Origin: Dendronephthya gigantea
Taxonomy: Eukaryota
Direction of reading: 5' to 3'
Length of the DNA: 64,000 nucleotides
Assembly (NCBI RefSeq): GCF_004324835.1
Contig: NW_021163026.1
Coordinates: forward strand, 2,163,271 to 2,227,270
The position numbers and the translations under genes are program-made. Below the pieces are notes generated by a model that was not told the DNA's origin, ran no database searches, and worked only from the letters and a program-made list of their open reading frames with translations. Positions 40,501 through 51,906 of this stretch are shown here, one piece after another; the stretch's first letter is position 1; each line of letters opens with the position of its first letter.

Positions 40501-43500
40501 ACAAACTCCAAACGTCTGTGATCTTGGCCTGTTCCCTCGTGGTGGAATTGCAGCGCTATTGTCGACGACGAATCGTCCAGATTTGGAAAAATATGTCGCG
40601 TACTGTTTTTTGCCTTTGCCTGTAACAACTTCGCTGCCCGTTCACGTCAATGGTCATTTTGCACTCGATGGATCACGACGAGATTTGTGGTGGGACCAGA
40701 GCAAGACTTGTCGGAAAACGAACTGGAATGGGTTCATGAAGGAACAAGTGCTTGGCCCTGCTTATGCATCATTGATCACGAAAATCAGAAAACATATTCC
40801 CTATTGTGAAAGAGAGTCAGAGAAGATCTTCTTCTCAAACGAAGACGAAGCAATAAAAGCCTTGGTTTGGTATCACAAATTATTTCCAGATCCTGAAAAA
40901 GATCCCGACTGGAATACTCTTGCCGTGGCTGTTTATAAGAGCTTAAAAGAGGCGCAAATTTTTCCAGTGGTCTCTCAATCACGTGGTGTTAACACAGCGA
41001 AGAAGCATCAATCTGATGAATGTGGGTCAGAGAAATCTTCTGGCACCAGAGAGGGTAGACGTGAAAATTCAGTTTTAATTGGTGGCCGTTATCGCAACGT
41101 GTCTAGCAAGCACGCTCCTCGCTTGTCACGGCATCGCGAAAAGGGAAGAAGATACAATTCGAAGAATGTGAAGATGGCAAGGTACGCTTTTGTTGCACAA
41201 AAACGATGTGAAATAGTGACAAAGTTTTCTATCGAGTGGCTGCCTCCAAACCTTGTCTACTTCACTGAAGAAAAAAAGCGAATCGAACAACAGGCTCTGT
41301 TGTTAACCGCACTCTTAGAGATCCGTATGCCAGTGTTATTATATACTCCAATGAGAATCTACAAAGCATTGAAGAAGTCTGAGGTTACAACCAATCTCCT
41401 TTCTCCGGAAAATGTCATCGATTTCATGTTGAAGTCGCAAGATGAAAGCTCCAGGTGTGTCATTGGAAAACTTCCTATCCAACTGGGGCAATCAAACATT
41501 CAAAACGAGTCTAATTTACGAAGTATTTTTCAATATTGCAAGTCGAAACTTGAGGAATTACCTTCAAATCTCGAAGGGCTGCCACTTCTGTTGACGGCTG
41601 ATAATATGTTGAGAGCGTTTACTGCGAACAGTCCCGTGTATTGTACAGAATTTATCGATTTGTTTCCTGACAAAGCTTCTAGGTTCGTTCATCTTCAATT
41701 TGTTCCGCTATTGTTATCATTTTGTGAAGTTGATGAAGCCGAACTTGGTATTATCCGTCATCTCACCATCACGTCGTTAGCTGAAGAATTTATGCCGGAC
41801 GTCTTCCGTGACAAATTACCGTTGGGTGAGACAAAACATGTCCCATGGAGCTACCCAGAAAATGGCGTCCTCTCAAAGGAATGGTTCAGAATTTTATGGA
41901 AGTTCTTGAAAACTGTCGAACGATCGGAAAGAGAAGATACTATTCCACTCCTTGGTAAATATCCGATTATACCAACCAAAGATGGCAAGCTAGCAACGGT
42001 TGATAACTCCAAATCTGTGTTGGCAATGACTATATTCAAGACGAAGTCTTTGAATTCACTCCAGAGGCCGGTTGCAAAAATTCTGGAAGACCTATCATGT
42101 CCGTTTTTAGATGAATCCATTACAGAATATGGTTTGCCTGTTGTCCTTCCATTAGTCGCTCACCCAGACAGCGAATCAGATGTACTTCATGTTCTCGACT
42201 ATATGAATTCGACTGGAATACTCGACTTGAGCAAATTTGACGACGAAAAAATTTTCACTCTTTTGAAATTTTTTCAGGCTGATTGCGGAAACGAGACGTC
42301 TATGGGAAAAGCTAAAACATTACCGTTCTACAAAGGCGTTGATGGCAATTATTATTCGCTGTTGTTGCATTCCTCATACATTAAAATTCCAGCTCGCTTA
42401 CCAGAAGATGGCATAAGAGAACTACAAAGTATTTATGGAACGAGAGTGTTGCTGTTTCCCTCATCACTACCGTCAGAGTTGAATCAATTGTTCGCGGCTC
42501 TTGGGATTGAGGTGAACTGCCGTGTTTCTGAGTTTTACATCAAATACGTGTTGCCAAATTTTTCATTATTATCTCGTGAATGCCAAATAAAATTTTTAAC
42601 TTGCATCAGAGGAACGCTGCGCTTCGATTTGATCGAAGAATTGAAATGGACAAGATGTATTCCTGACCAAACTGGAAACCTTTGCTTTGCTTCCAGATAT
42701 CTCAATCCACACAACGAATTATTTCAAGCGATGTTTAAGACTGATGCAGACGTTTTTCCAGCATCACCGTTCAATGAAATGAAGTGGCTCGAATTCCTTC
42801 TCCAAATAGGAATGAAGGAAAAATGTGACCAGGAACAGTTCATTGAATTTGCAAATAACGTGGAGCAGTCTGCACAGAAATTGACCGAATACGATGAAAA
42901 CATTATAGCTCAGTCCAAAGCACTCGTCAAGTACCTACTAGGAAATGAACGCGATGGGACCTGGTCATTCTACGGTATTCCTGAAATAAAGTTTATCGTC
43001 CCTAAGGAAATCGAAGAAGAGCTCTCTTCTATTCATCCCCAGCATCGTGCAGATGGAATTCTGGAATTTGTTTCATATCGTGATTCAGTGCCGTGGGACC
43101 TTAGACACCTAATTTGGACAAGTTATAAACTTCTACCAGATTGGGCTTTTCCTCGTCATAATGAGAGTCTTATTTCAGCGTTAGGAATAACTTCAGAGCC
43201 ACCTCTTAATGCTGTGTTTCAGCACATAGAAACCATGTCCAATTGTGCTTCGAAGATAATCGTGTCGGGTAGTACTTTGTCGGAAAAGCTTAAGGAAGTG
43301 TTTAAAACAACCTACGAATTCCTGGTGAACCTGATGAAACACTGCGCCAAAGAACCTTCCTCAGACTGTAACGAGAAGTGTCAGAAGATTGGAGAGTGTT
43401 TAAAATCTGTTGCTTGTATTCTGCTCAACGAAGAACGATGTTTGGTGAGAGGTGAAAAACTTTCAATTGAAGACACAAAAGACAAATTGAAACCGCATTT

Positions 43501-46446
43501 TTATAAAATACCACGCGACTATGCTCCGTTTGATCATCTCCTGAAAAGACTTGGCGCTACGGAGAAGATCTCCGCTTCACAAATGGCCAGTGTTCTCAAG
43601 TCTATCAAAGATTCTTCCACAGATGAAAAGATGAATTCTGAAGAAGAGGAAAAGGCGTGCTTTGCTACTTCTGTTTTGTTCAAATCACTCCTTGACGATA
43701 AAGAGACCGAAGCTGATTCAAGACTGGCAAATTGCGAGGAGCTTCTTTTGCCAAGCATGGCTAAACGACTCATAAGCTCCGACAAGTTGGTTTGTAAAAT
43801 GCAGCCCCGACTCCGCGAGTCAGTAGCGAAGCAAGGCTACGAGATTTTGATGCCTTTTGAAAAATGCGGAATGAAACGTGAGTTGGAAAACGACTATCTT
43901 CAAGCTCTTCCTAATCGTCTCCGGCCAACGCCGTTAAGCGAACTGGTACGCGAAGAGTTACATCCGCTGTGTAAGAAGGACATGAGTTGTACTTTATGCC
44001 TGGCGATGGATTACCATTCGTTTATCCAGAAGGTTCATTTTACTTTTGCGATCCTCGCAATTTGAGCGCGGTATCATACGGCTCTTGAAGCACCAGAAGG
44101 AATTGACAGAGCTTGATGAAAAAGACAGAGAAAGAGCCGCACGATTTACTTCAGCTAAGGTTAGTCGTCATGTTTTTCGAATTTTCTAATTCAAAAGTTC
44201 AGACACAAACCACGACAGCTTATTGTAGAATACTACCTACACTGGACCACCACGTTTGAGATCTCTTTCTCAGGTAGTTCAGACACAAACCACGACAGCT
44301 TATTGTAGAATACTACCTACACTAGACCACCACGTTTGAGATACCTTTTTCATGTAGTTCAGACACAAACCACGACAGCTTATTGTAGAATACTACCTAC
44401 ACTGGGCCACCACGTTTGAGATATCTTTCTCAGGTAGTTCAGACACAAACCACGACAGCTTATTGTAGAATACTACCTACACTGGGCCACCACGTTTGAG
44501 ATATCTTTCTCAGGTAGTTCAGACACAAACCACGACAGCTTATTGTAGAATACTACCTACACTCGACCACCACGTTTGAGATATCTTTTTCAGGTAGTTA
44601 AGACACAAACCACGACAGCTTATTGTAGAATACTACCTACACTGGACCACCACGTTTGAGATATCTTTTTCAGGTAGTTCAGAAACAAACCACGACAGCT
44701 TTTGTGGAATAAATAACACTTCTTTTCTTTGCATAAGTCTCTCTATTTCTATATTAAAGCTGACTACGATCAAATGTATGCAACAAGTTCAAATCCACCT
44801 TGTTAACGTATTGAAGGAAGAACCATTGCCAGGAAGCTCAGTCGACAGATCGTGTCATGTAGAAAAGGAAGAGAATTCCTGGACACTGTATATTCAACAC
44901 GAATTTGGAGGCAGAAAGAACCACGCCATCTTCGCGAAAGCTGTAAATGAAATCATGGACAGATGTTTAGAACAAACTGCCGAGTTAAGCGATATGCTCT
45001 CTTGCGACTCGCCTTCCCAGATACCAGGAGTACTTAACGACCATGACGTTGCGATTGATTATAACGAAGAAAATGAACAGTTTGGTCTTCCTGTGCCGGA
45101 TGTTTACCACTATCTCATTATTCAAAAACCACTCTGTAATTACGAGGAAGGAGCTCGGGTTGCCTATGACGAGGACGAAGGTAATAAAATATGAAATATC
45201 CAGTTAATAGTTTGAAAATCACTTATGTAAACACTGCATCTATTGTAATTTTTAAGATGTTTGTTAGTTTGTATCGCTTGAAGAAAGTGTGTAAGGTGGT
45301 GTTCCTCAGTTCTGAAGCCTTTCCCAATCTTTTAATGGTGGGTGAATATTATTTACAACCGAAATATTTACTAAGCACTTTTCTCTTTTGGTTTTTCCAC
45401 CAGGTTGCGCTGGAAATTGGAAAGAAAGCGAGCTAAAGGAGACATCGATTAGATACAAGTTCGTAAAGATCAACAGTCGTGCCAATGCTATTGACAAAGA
45501 TGCCAATGAATTCGACTTCAAAGCTCGGTACAAAATTGATCTCGGCAGCAAAACTGACTATAAAATAGTGAGTGTCCTTGATCTTTATAGTTACAAACAG
45601 AACGAGATGGGAAGTCTCGTTCCAGACGATGAAGATGACGAAAAAGTAAAAGTGGATGTTTTGGTAGAAAAATCTAAAATCACTCGGGCACTTAAACTTG
45701 CCAAGAACAACTTGGACTCATTAACACAGCGAGAAAAGGTGATAAGGCGTCTTTTCCTACATTGGCTTCGTTGTAAGGACTCTGAAACTGCAGATGAGAT
45801 AACCAAATTCATAGAAAATGAAGTCACAAGGCTGAAGATTCTGTGTCTGGAAGAAACGCGAGCCTTTTCAAGTTACTGGAGAAGTTATGGCAAACGTGAG
45901 AGGACGACATATAGAAGCTACAATCGTTGGACGTCGGTATGCGACAGTCCTGGCGGTTACCATGACAGCGGCAGTAATCGCGGTTACCATGACAGCGGCA
46001 GTCATGGTGGTCATTATGATCCTTGGGATTACGTAAGCCCCGATGCAAAGGAAGCAGAACGATGGATCAAGCAATCGCAAGCAGATTTGAATGTCGCCAC
46101 GTGGTTGCTCGACAAATCCTTTTCACAAGTATGTTATATGAGCCAGCAATGTGTGGAGAAAGTTTTGAAAGGTGTTCTGTACGCCAAGTGTGGAATACCA
46201 CGAGTGGAATTACGTACCCACCATATATACCGGCTTGTAAATGTATGCCGTGGCCTCGACGAAGCCCCAAGCGAAGCCCTGGATCGAGCTAGTAGCGTTG
46301 GAGGTTACTACCTTCCAACACGTTATCCTGACAATCAACCGCAGTATCGAGTTCCCGCTGAAGAATACACCGAGGAACAAGCCAAGCAAGCGTTAGATGT
46401 TGCTGTAACAATTTTTGCAGTTCTTGAAAAATTTGCCTTCAACTAA
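31502..46446 (+). CDS. SACS: Sacsin-like giant gene with three HATPase-like repeats, a degenerate J domain and a C-terminal HEPN domain (gene span; two internal frame discontinuities)
   Basis: Exons: 31502-31517 (MAEAV-), 31986-32077 ([31 protein letters not shown]), 32191-32449 ([16 protein letters not shown]...[14 protein letters not shown]-), a giant exon 32770-44065, then 44760-45180 and 45404-46446. Three repeat cores of the sacsin repeating-region type are present: [28 protein letters not shown] (32191-), [31 protein letters not shown] (about 36600), and [31 protein letters not shown] (about 39650). Each is followed by a ...FRFPLR... segment. The total is about 4400 aa, comparable to vertebrate sacsin. 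Confidence 0.8.
32770..44065 (+). CDS. SACS: Sacsin-like giant coding exon (about 11.3 kb), read as two ORFs split by an apparent 1-nt frame discontinuity at 35550-35567
   Basis: The acceptor gttag|ATCTGCC joins YHIT to [17 protein letters not shown] (sacsin has [21 protein letters not shown]). Frame 0 runs open from 32770 to the TGA at 35565-35567. Frame 2 runs open from 35468 to 44065 and contains HATPase-like repeats 2 and 3. The two frames overlap only across 35468-35567. The true 3' end of this exon is uncertain; see the findings. Confidence 0.75.
44198..44700. repeat. Tandem repeat of about 80 bp and roughly 6.5 units, immediately downstream of the sacsin giant ORF
   Basis: The unit is gttcagacacaaaccacgacagcttattgtagaatactacctacactggaccaccacgtttgagatatctttctcaggta. 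Confidence 0.9.
45404..46446 (+). CDS. SACS: Sacsin-like C-terminal exon with a J-domain-like region lacking HPD and a HEPN domain
   Basis: The acceptor ccaccag|GTTGCGC is in phase with the donor GACGAAG|GTAATA at 45180. It reads ...[25 protein letters not shown]... (vertebrate sacsin has [21 protein letters not shown]). It continues with [36 protein letters not shown], where the J-domain position has LRCKD in place of HPDKN. The C-terminus reads [20 protein letters not shown]...[14 protein letters not shown]...[14 protein letters not shown], a HEPN fold with the TRYPD signature of sacsin's C-terminus. Confidence 0.8.
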
Positions 46447-47392
46447 GCGAAGATTGGACAGATTTAATCCGCTGTCGTTTAGGAATAGTTCATATTATTT
46501 GTTAGGTTAAAAGACAATGCAAACACTCTTTGCAATGCAGTTAAAGGTGGCCTCTAGTGGTCATGCTAATAATGATCATAATATGACCATCTTTTCTGTT
46601 CTGGTGTTATGCAAAGTTTTGCATTTCAATATTATTCTTCCATCTTTTTTTACTGTATTGTTATTATGATGAACATATACATCAATATTATAGAGATGTT
46701 ACTCGATAAGCATTTTGATTGTTAGTCAAATATTTAACTATGAATAATGTAATCGGTCGAGTATAGCTATTATCAGTTTTTTAATTAGCACTAGTCAATA
46801 ATCATGCATGCCTTTTTGAAGATTTTTTAATTTGGGAAGTAACCACCGCGAAACTAGATTTGTAATTTATGATAGAATATTTTACTTTTCTATTTTTTTA
46901 ATATGACTTTGCTCGTTATCATCACGCATGTCATTTACTGGTTTGCTAAATGAAAGCATTTGTTTCATACCTGCCCAAATAGCTCAGCTAGTCACTTGTG
47001 GTATTGCGAAGAATTTATTTGTCGTGATTATATAGTGATACAATTATAGGAACTGCACGAGGTGATTGTGATGTATGAAACCATTTTAATAAAATGATTC
47101 AAATTCTAGGATGTAATACTGATGCTGTGTCTTCTGTGTCTAATACTTGCGGTAAAAATCTCACAACAAAGCACATTTTTAACGTTCATTATTTATTAAA
47201 AACAACCTGTTGTAATATGTCATTCCCAAATGCGTGTGATATTGTTTATGACAAATTGTCTTACTGAACGTTTCAAATAAACCTTGAAATTTATCACTGT
47301 TGGCATTTCATTCTTTTTCATAGAAGTCTCTACAGGAAATCAGCCTAACTAGGCTGAAAAGGATCTCGTCTGGGAGAACTGTTCTTCAAAAG

Positions 47393-48556
47393 ATGTCGAT
47401 TCGTCTTTACGATTCAAAACTCGAAGAAGATGGATTGCGCACTTATGTATTTATCGTCGAGAAATTTTCTTCAATTGGTTCCGAAATCTACTCAAAACCT
47501 TTTCACTTCGCTGGTCATCGTTGGAAAATCCAGGCTGGGATTAAAGAAAAGCACTTTGGAGCGTTTTTACGCTGGTTGAGCGGTGGGGAACACAGTAAGG
47601 GTGTGAAATGCAAGGTGAACTTCACGTTGGGCGTTTTAAACAAGGGGGAGATTTCAAAGTCAATTCGTCGCGGGAATATGACAGATAAGCCCGACGAATT
47701 TACAAAATCAGGATGTGGTATTGGCTGGGGAAAGTTGGCCTCTCTTGAAGATCTCGAGAGTGATCGTAATTTCATAACAGACGATACGATCTTGGTTGAA
47801 CTGCATTGTCGTTTAGACGAGACGACATTTGAGAACAGGTTACCGTGCGCGGCGAAAGCTGGGGATAAGTTCATAAAGAGCTCAATGTTTTCATTCTGCA
47901 ATAGTCGTTGGTCCATTATCATGTTTCCTAATGGACCGCCAAGTAAGAATGACGTCCCGCCTCAAAACGACAACGTCGCTGTTTATCTGCATTGCGAAGA
48001 CGTCGGATTGCTTCGTTACAAGGTCGGCTTCTCGTTTCACGCTCGTAGCAGGCTCGCAAAGCAACGGCAAATCACGTATAACTTTTTCGATACTTCTCAC
48101 GATACGTCTTGCAACGCTTTTGGTATCGAGCAATTTATGCCTTCAAAGGAACTCAAAAGAATCGCAAAGAATGGAAAGGTTAAGATCAAAGTCAAAATCA
48201 AATTCATGGAACCATACTTCTATCTTGCGCTTGATCCAGCGAACTTGAAGAACACAGAGGGAAAGATGTGTACACGTGAGGACTTGGTGGATCAATGTAA
48301 TAACCCTCTTGCCTTGACCCTCGAAACGTCCCGAGACGAGAAGCTCGTTTTCAAATTGAAATATGATCCGCAATTTGAGAACGAGGCTCTGGATGAGATG
48401 CCGTATTTTAAGAAGATTTTTTGGCGAGCTGTTCTCAACTCGTTCGAGGATGATTCCGAAACGGTCGTCGTGTCGTCGTCGTCGGAAGCCGGGAAGAGTT
48501 CGTTTTGTTACAGCGAAGCCGAGTGCTCGATTGCATCCAGTTTAGATATCAGAAAG
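47393..48556 (+). CDS. First exon of the MATH-OAS gene, encoding tandem MATH/TRAF-like domains (388 codons)
   Basis: The ORF is 394 aa, with an in-frame donor AAG|GTGGGA at 48557. Two repeated beta-sandwich-like segments each carry the F-x-W-x-I core motifs typical of MATH domains. Confidence 0.75.
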
Positions 48557-51338
48557 GTGGGAACCATTATTATCTAGTGACATTGATTGAGTGAGTGTTG
48601 ACGAGAATCTGAAAGCAAGAGTTTCCATTTTTGATAAATTCTTCAGCTCTCGTGACCTAGTCAAAGGAAGACAAGAATTGCCAGAGAGTTGAATTAATAG
48701 CACGTAAAAAATGCTATTAGCTATCAACTTTTATCAAAATTTCACTATTTCGAAAGTCAAAAAGCTTGAGAAGCACTATCATTGACTCATATAAACTTTC
48801 TTTCTTTGTCTGCTGGCTTGCCTTTTCTTTTCTAATGATCAGCGTTTCTTGAATAAACTTTTATTACATTTCCTCCACAGATTGAAGAACGAGGTAGTGT
48901 GTTCCTGGACGAAGAAGATATGCTGAGTGTTCATGTTTTTATCGACGATGCAAATCTTGTTTATGATCCATTGCTTGATCCTCTCACGAAACAGAGCGTC
49001 TCAAAGTTGAGGGAAGAGAAAGACCAAAGATTGAGGAATTTGGAACGAGAATGGTAAGGTATCACTTGGTCTATAAACCTGTTTTTATACAAGAACTTCA
49101 GTATTGATGAAATCTGAACTAAACAAACGCTTATACGTTCTATACCTCTAACAATTCTTTCTAATGCATGTAGGAAGCTTCTCTTACAAATTTAATGAAT
49201 ACTCTCATGAATCAAACTAAGTTGACCGAGCATTCTTTTGTGTGTTCCGGTTAGATTTGAAAGGATTTATATAATTTTAAAACAGTGAAAGTTTCATCGA
49301 AAACACAATGGCGGAGAAAGATGTGATCATATCAGAACAGGAGGAGCTTTTGGAAGAACGCGATTGTATTATCAGTAAACAAGAGGGACATATCGCTGGC
49401 TTGAAAACAGAAATGGAAGACAACGATAAATATTTGAGTGAACTTGTTGACGGTAAAGATGAGGTAAGAGTTTGGACTTGAGAGGCAAGTTCTTTCGACC
49501 TTCTTCAATAAGTATAGTAGATAACAGAACTTGGTTCAATTCTAGTCGTTAAAAAAGGCTTAAACTACAACGAAGTAATATCTTCTGATTATAGACTGAC
49601 CACTTTTTTGTTTTATCATTGTGAAGGGTGAAGCGAGCAAACTCCTCAAACGTAGTCTTCGACAATTGATCAAAAATGCGAAACCGTCAAAAGACGAAAT
49701 AAAAGCACAGAAAACGGTCGAGAAGAAACTCAGCAAATTCCTGAAGGTTTGTCAACAAATAGATCAATAGTTCCGTTAATAGAGTAGTTTTGAATACAAG
49801 CTGGTCTGATGACAAATATGTTTTAGAAAAAGCTACCATTTAACATCAGTCGTGTGTCAGCTGTGGGTTCTTATGGACAGAAAACCACGTTAAAAGGATT
49901 GAGAGAGTGTGGTCTTGCCATTGCTATTCAAGGTAAGATTTGTCAGGAAGAAACGAGTCATTTTGAAGTGTAAAACCTCCATTTTTGGTTCCCTACGGGA
50001 ATAGTTTAGTACAAATGTTATTGAGGATTCAAAGTTAGTTCAGTCTTCTCTTTTACCCAGATCTTCCTCGCACAGAACATGATAGCTGGCTACCAACGAT
50101 CGTGGGCACCATTAAGACATTACTCAATCAACGTGATAAAAGCGACAGCACGATACCACCATGTTCTGAGTTCAACACCACATCATCGACCGTCAATTTC
50201 AGATGTGCTGACGTCGATGTTGAACTCACACCAATCAATGACTGGGAAAATAATGGTGGCTTCCAGGCCCTTTATCAAATGAGCCTGAAACAGAGCGCTG
50301 ACGTGCAAGTTCAGTGAGTATTGGGAACGATATTAAGTATCTCAATATAAACCTGAAGTGATACCGTTTTATACTTTTGCGTGTAAGTGTTAGTGTGAAA
50401 AGAATTATTTTTTTTATCATCTTTTACAGTTACAACAACAACGTATGTGAACTTCAAGCAGCATTTATCGCCAATCAACCTGAGAAGGTAAATCAGTTGT
50501 TCTCCAATGATGTCTGTGGACAAAGCGTTAAATTAAACACTTTATTTTCCTCGTTCATTCCAGTGTAAAGATTTGATACGAGTTGTGAAGAAGTGGAGCC
50601 GTGATATTGAATGGGATCCTGGGACCAAACCAAGCGACTATCTTCTGTCATTACTCGTTGTTCAAGCCTACGAGATCGTGCAACCGTAAGTAGGAAAGAA
50701 TAAAATTCCAAAGGCAATGGGGCTCGGAACCGCGCGCCTGCTAATAGAGTCCGGGAAAATTTTGAAATATAGGTCTCTGAAATCGCCGCAAATGCCTCTC
50801 AATTTAAGGATTAATAGAAAATAATAGAAGTATGTAAAGTTTTCAGCATGTTTGGCGCTCATATACAAATATTAAACAATATAACCTTGCTTTGGTTATA
50901 ATGTCAAATATTTTGACATCGATAACCACGCTGTTTTAATGGTCAGAACCATTGGAAGACACTTGAACCATTCTTTCTTGTACTGATAGAGACATGGTCG
51001 AGCAGTCGTCGGCAGATCTCGACGTGTTGTTGGAGATGGCTGATATAGTAAATGACAGTAACCTCGAGTGAGTATGTAGCGGACGGAACGAATACGAACT
51101 GTCAATTAAACTTGTCAATCCATTATCTTCCTAATTTTGGTTTACATTTAGATTATCCTGGGACACGGACAACTACATCTCTGCGCAGTATCCGCGGCAG
51201 TTCTTCCCCAAACCCTTCACACAACCTATCGTCCAGGACCCCGCTATCCCCACCCACAACGTGGCCGAGTCAGGCATGGAGGATTGGAAAGAATTTCGAA
51301 AAAGGTTCAAGGAATGGGTTATCTCATTGACTCCTTGA
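47393..51338 (+). CDS. Novel-architecture gene fusing two MATH/TRAF-like domains to an OAS-like (2'-5'-oligoadenylate synthetase family) nucleotidyltransferase, 10 coding exons
   Basis: Exons: 47393-48556, 48881-49053, 49286-49463, 49627-49746, 49827-49932, 50061-50313, 50430-50487, 50564-50685, 50990-51067, 51152-51338. Phases are continuous and total 2439 nt, or 812 aa plus a stop. All donors are GT(A/G)AGT-like, including two CA|GTGAGT and GA|GTGAGT sites that the ORF track reads as stops. MATH-like segments are LRTYVFIVEKFSSIGSEIYSKPFHFAGHRWKIQAG...FGAFLRW...GIGWGKLASLEDLE...DDTILVELHC and SSMFSFCNSRWSIIMFPNG...NVAVYLHCED... OAS-like segments are VGSYGQKTTLKGLRECGLAIAIQ (the NTase GS motif), CKDLIRVVKKWSRDIEWDPGTKPSDYLLSLLVVQAYE (OAS1 has LIRLVKHWYQ...PPQYALELLTVYAWE), and LSWDTDNYISAQYPRQFFPKPFTQPIVQDPAIPTHNVAESGMEDWKEFRKRFKEW (OAS1 has IYWTKYYDF..PIIEKYLRRQLTKPRPVILDPAEPTGDV...W..L..EA). 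Confidence 0.75.
49827..49932 (+). CDS. MATH-OAS gene exon 5, carrying the nucleotidyltransferase GS motif
   Basis: It reads KKLPFNISRVSAVGSYGQKTTLKGLRECGLAIAIQ-G. Aligned to the OAS1 motif [22 protein letters not shown], the [DE]h[DE]h positions read E-C-G, so the second metal-binding acidic residue appears to be replaced by Gly. Confidence 0.65.
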
Positions 51339-51906
51339 TAAAGTTTCAAATACCATTGTATCCAATCTTGTTTCATCGGTATTCAGACAAGATTTCCTGG
51401 GGTTTTCTCCGAATCAGATTTTAGTTGGAAAATCAGGGGGGTTAATTTAGTAGATTGAGAAATCAGGGGGAGGTAGAATTTAGCCAAAATTGACAAGGTA
51501 GTCTTTTCTCTCAACAAAATATCTTTATTTATAACTCTTCTGTTTTGGTAGTTTTGTTTATTGATAAATAGAGATTAAAAGACGTGAAATATTTCTCTAT
51601 GTTGCTTCTAGATACTTTTAAATTACAAGACTGAAAGGATTTCATTTACTGTATTTAAAAAATTTATGATTTCATAAATGTCTAGTTCAGCCGGCCGGAG
51701 TAGAGTAAAATGGCGCACTTCGTAGACCTGGAAACTACTATGTCTTCATTGTCTCGCAGCCAATCAGAATCGAGCATTTTGTTCACAGAATTCAAAAAGA
51801 GAAACAAAAATTGTTACGAGTGGAGAAATATTTGCAGATATTTGACAACTTTTGTGTGTGTTTTTTTGAAGAATTTTCTCTTCAGTGTTGCTGTGAAGTT
51901 GACAAG

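Noticed and set aside
50311-50316. In-frame TGA stops at 50314-50316 and 51068-51070 that would truncate the OAS-like gene
   Set aside because: Both are the TGAG of perfect GTGAGT donors (CA|GTGAGT and GA|GTGAGT). Splicing there gives phase-consistent joins to downstream exons with clear OAS homology.
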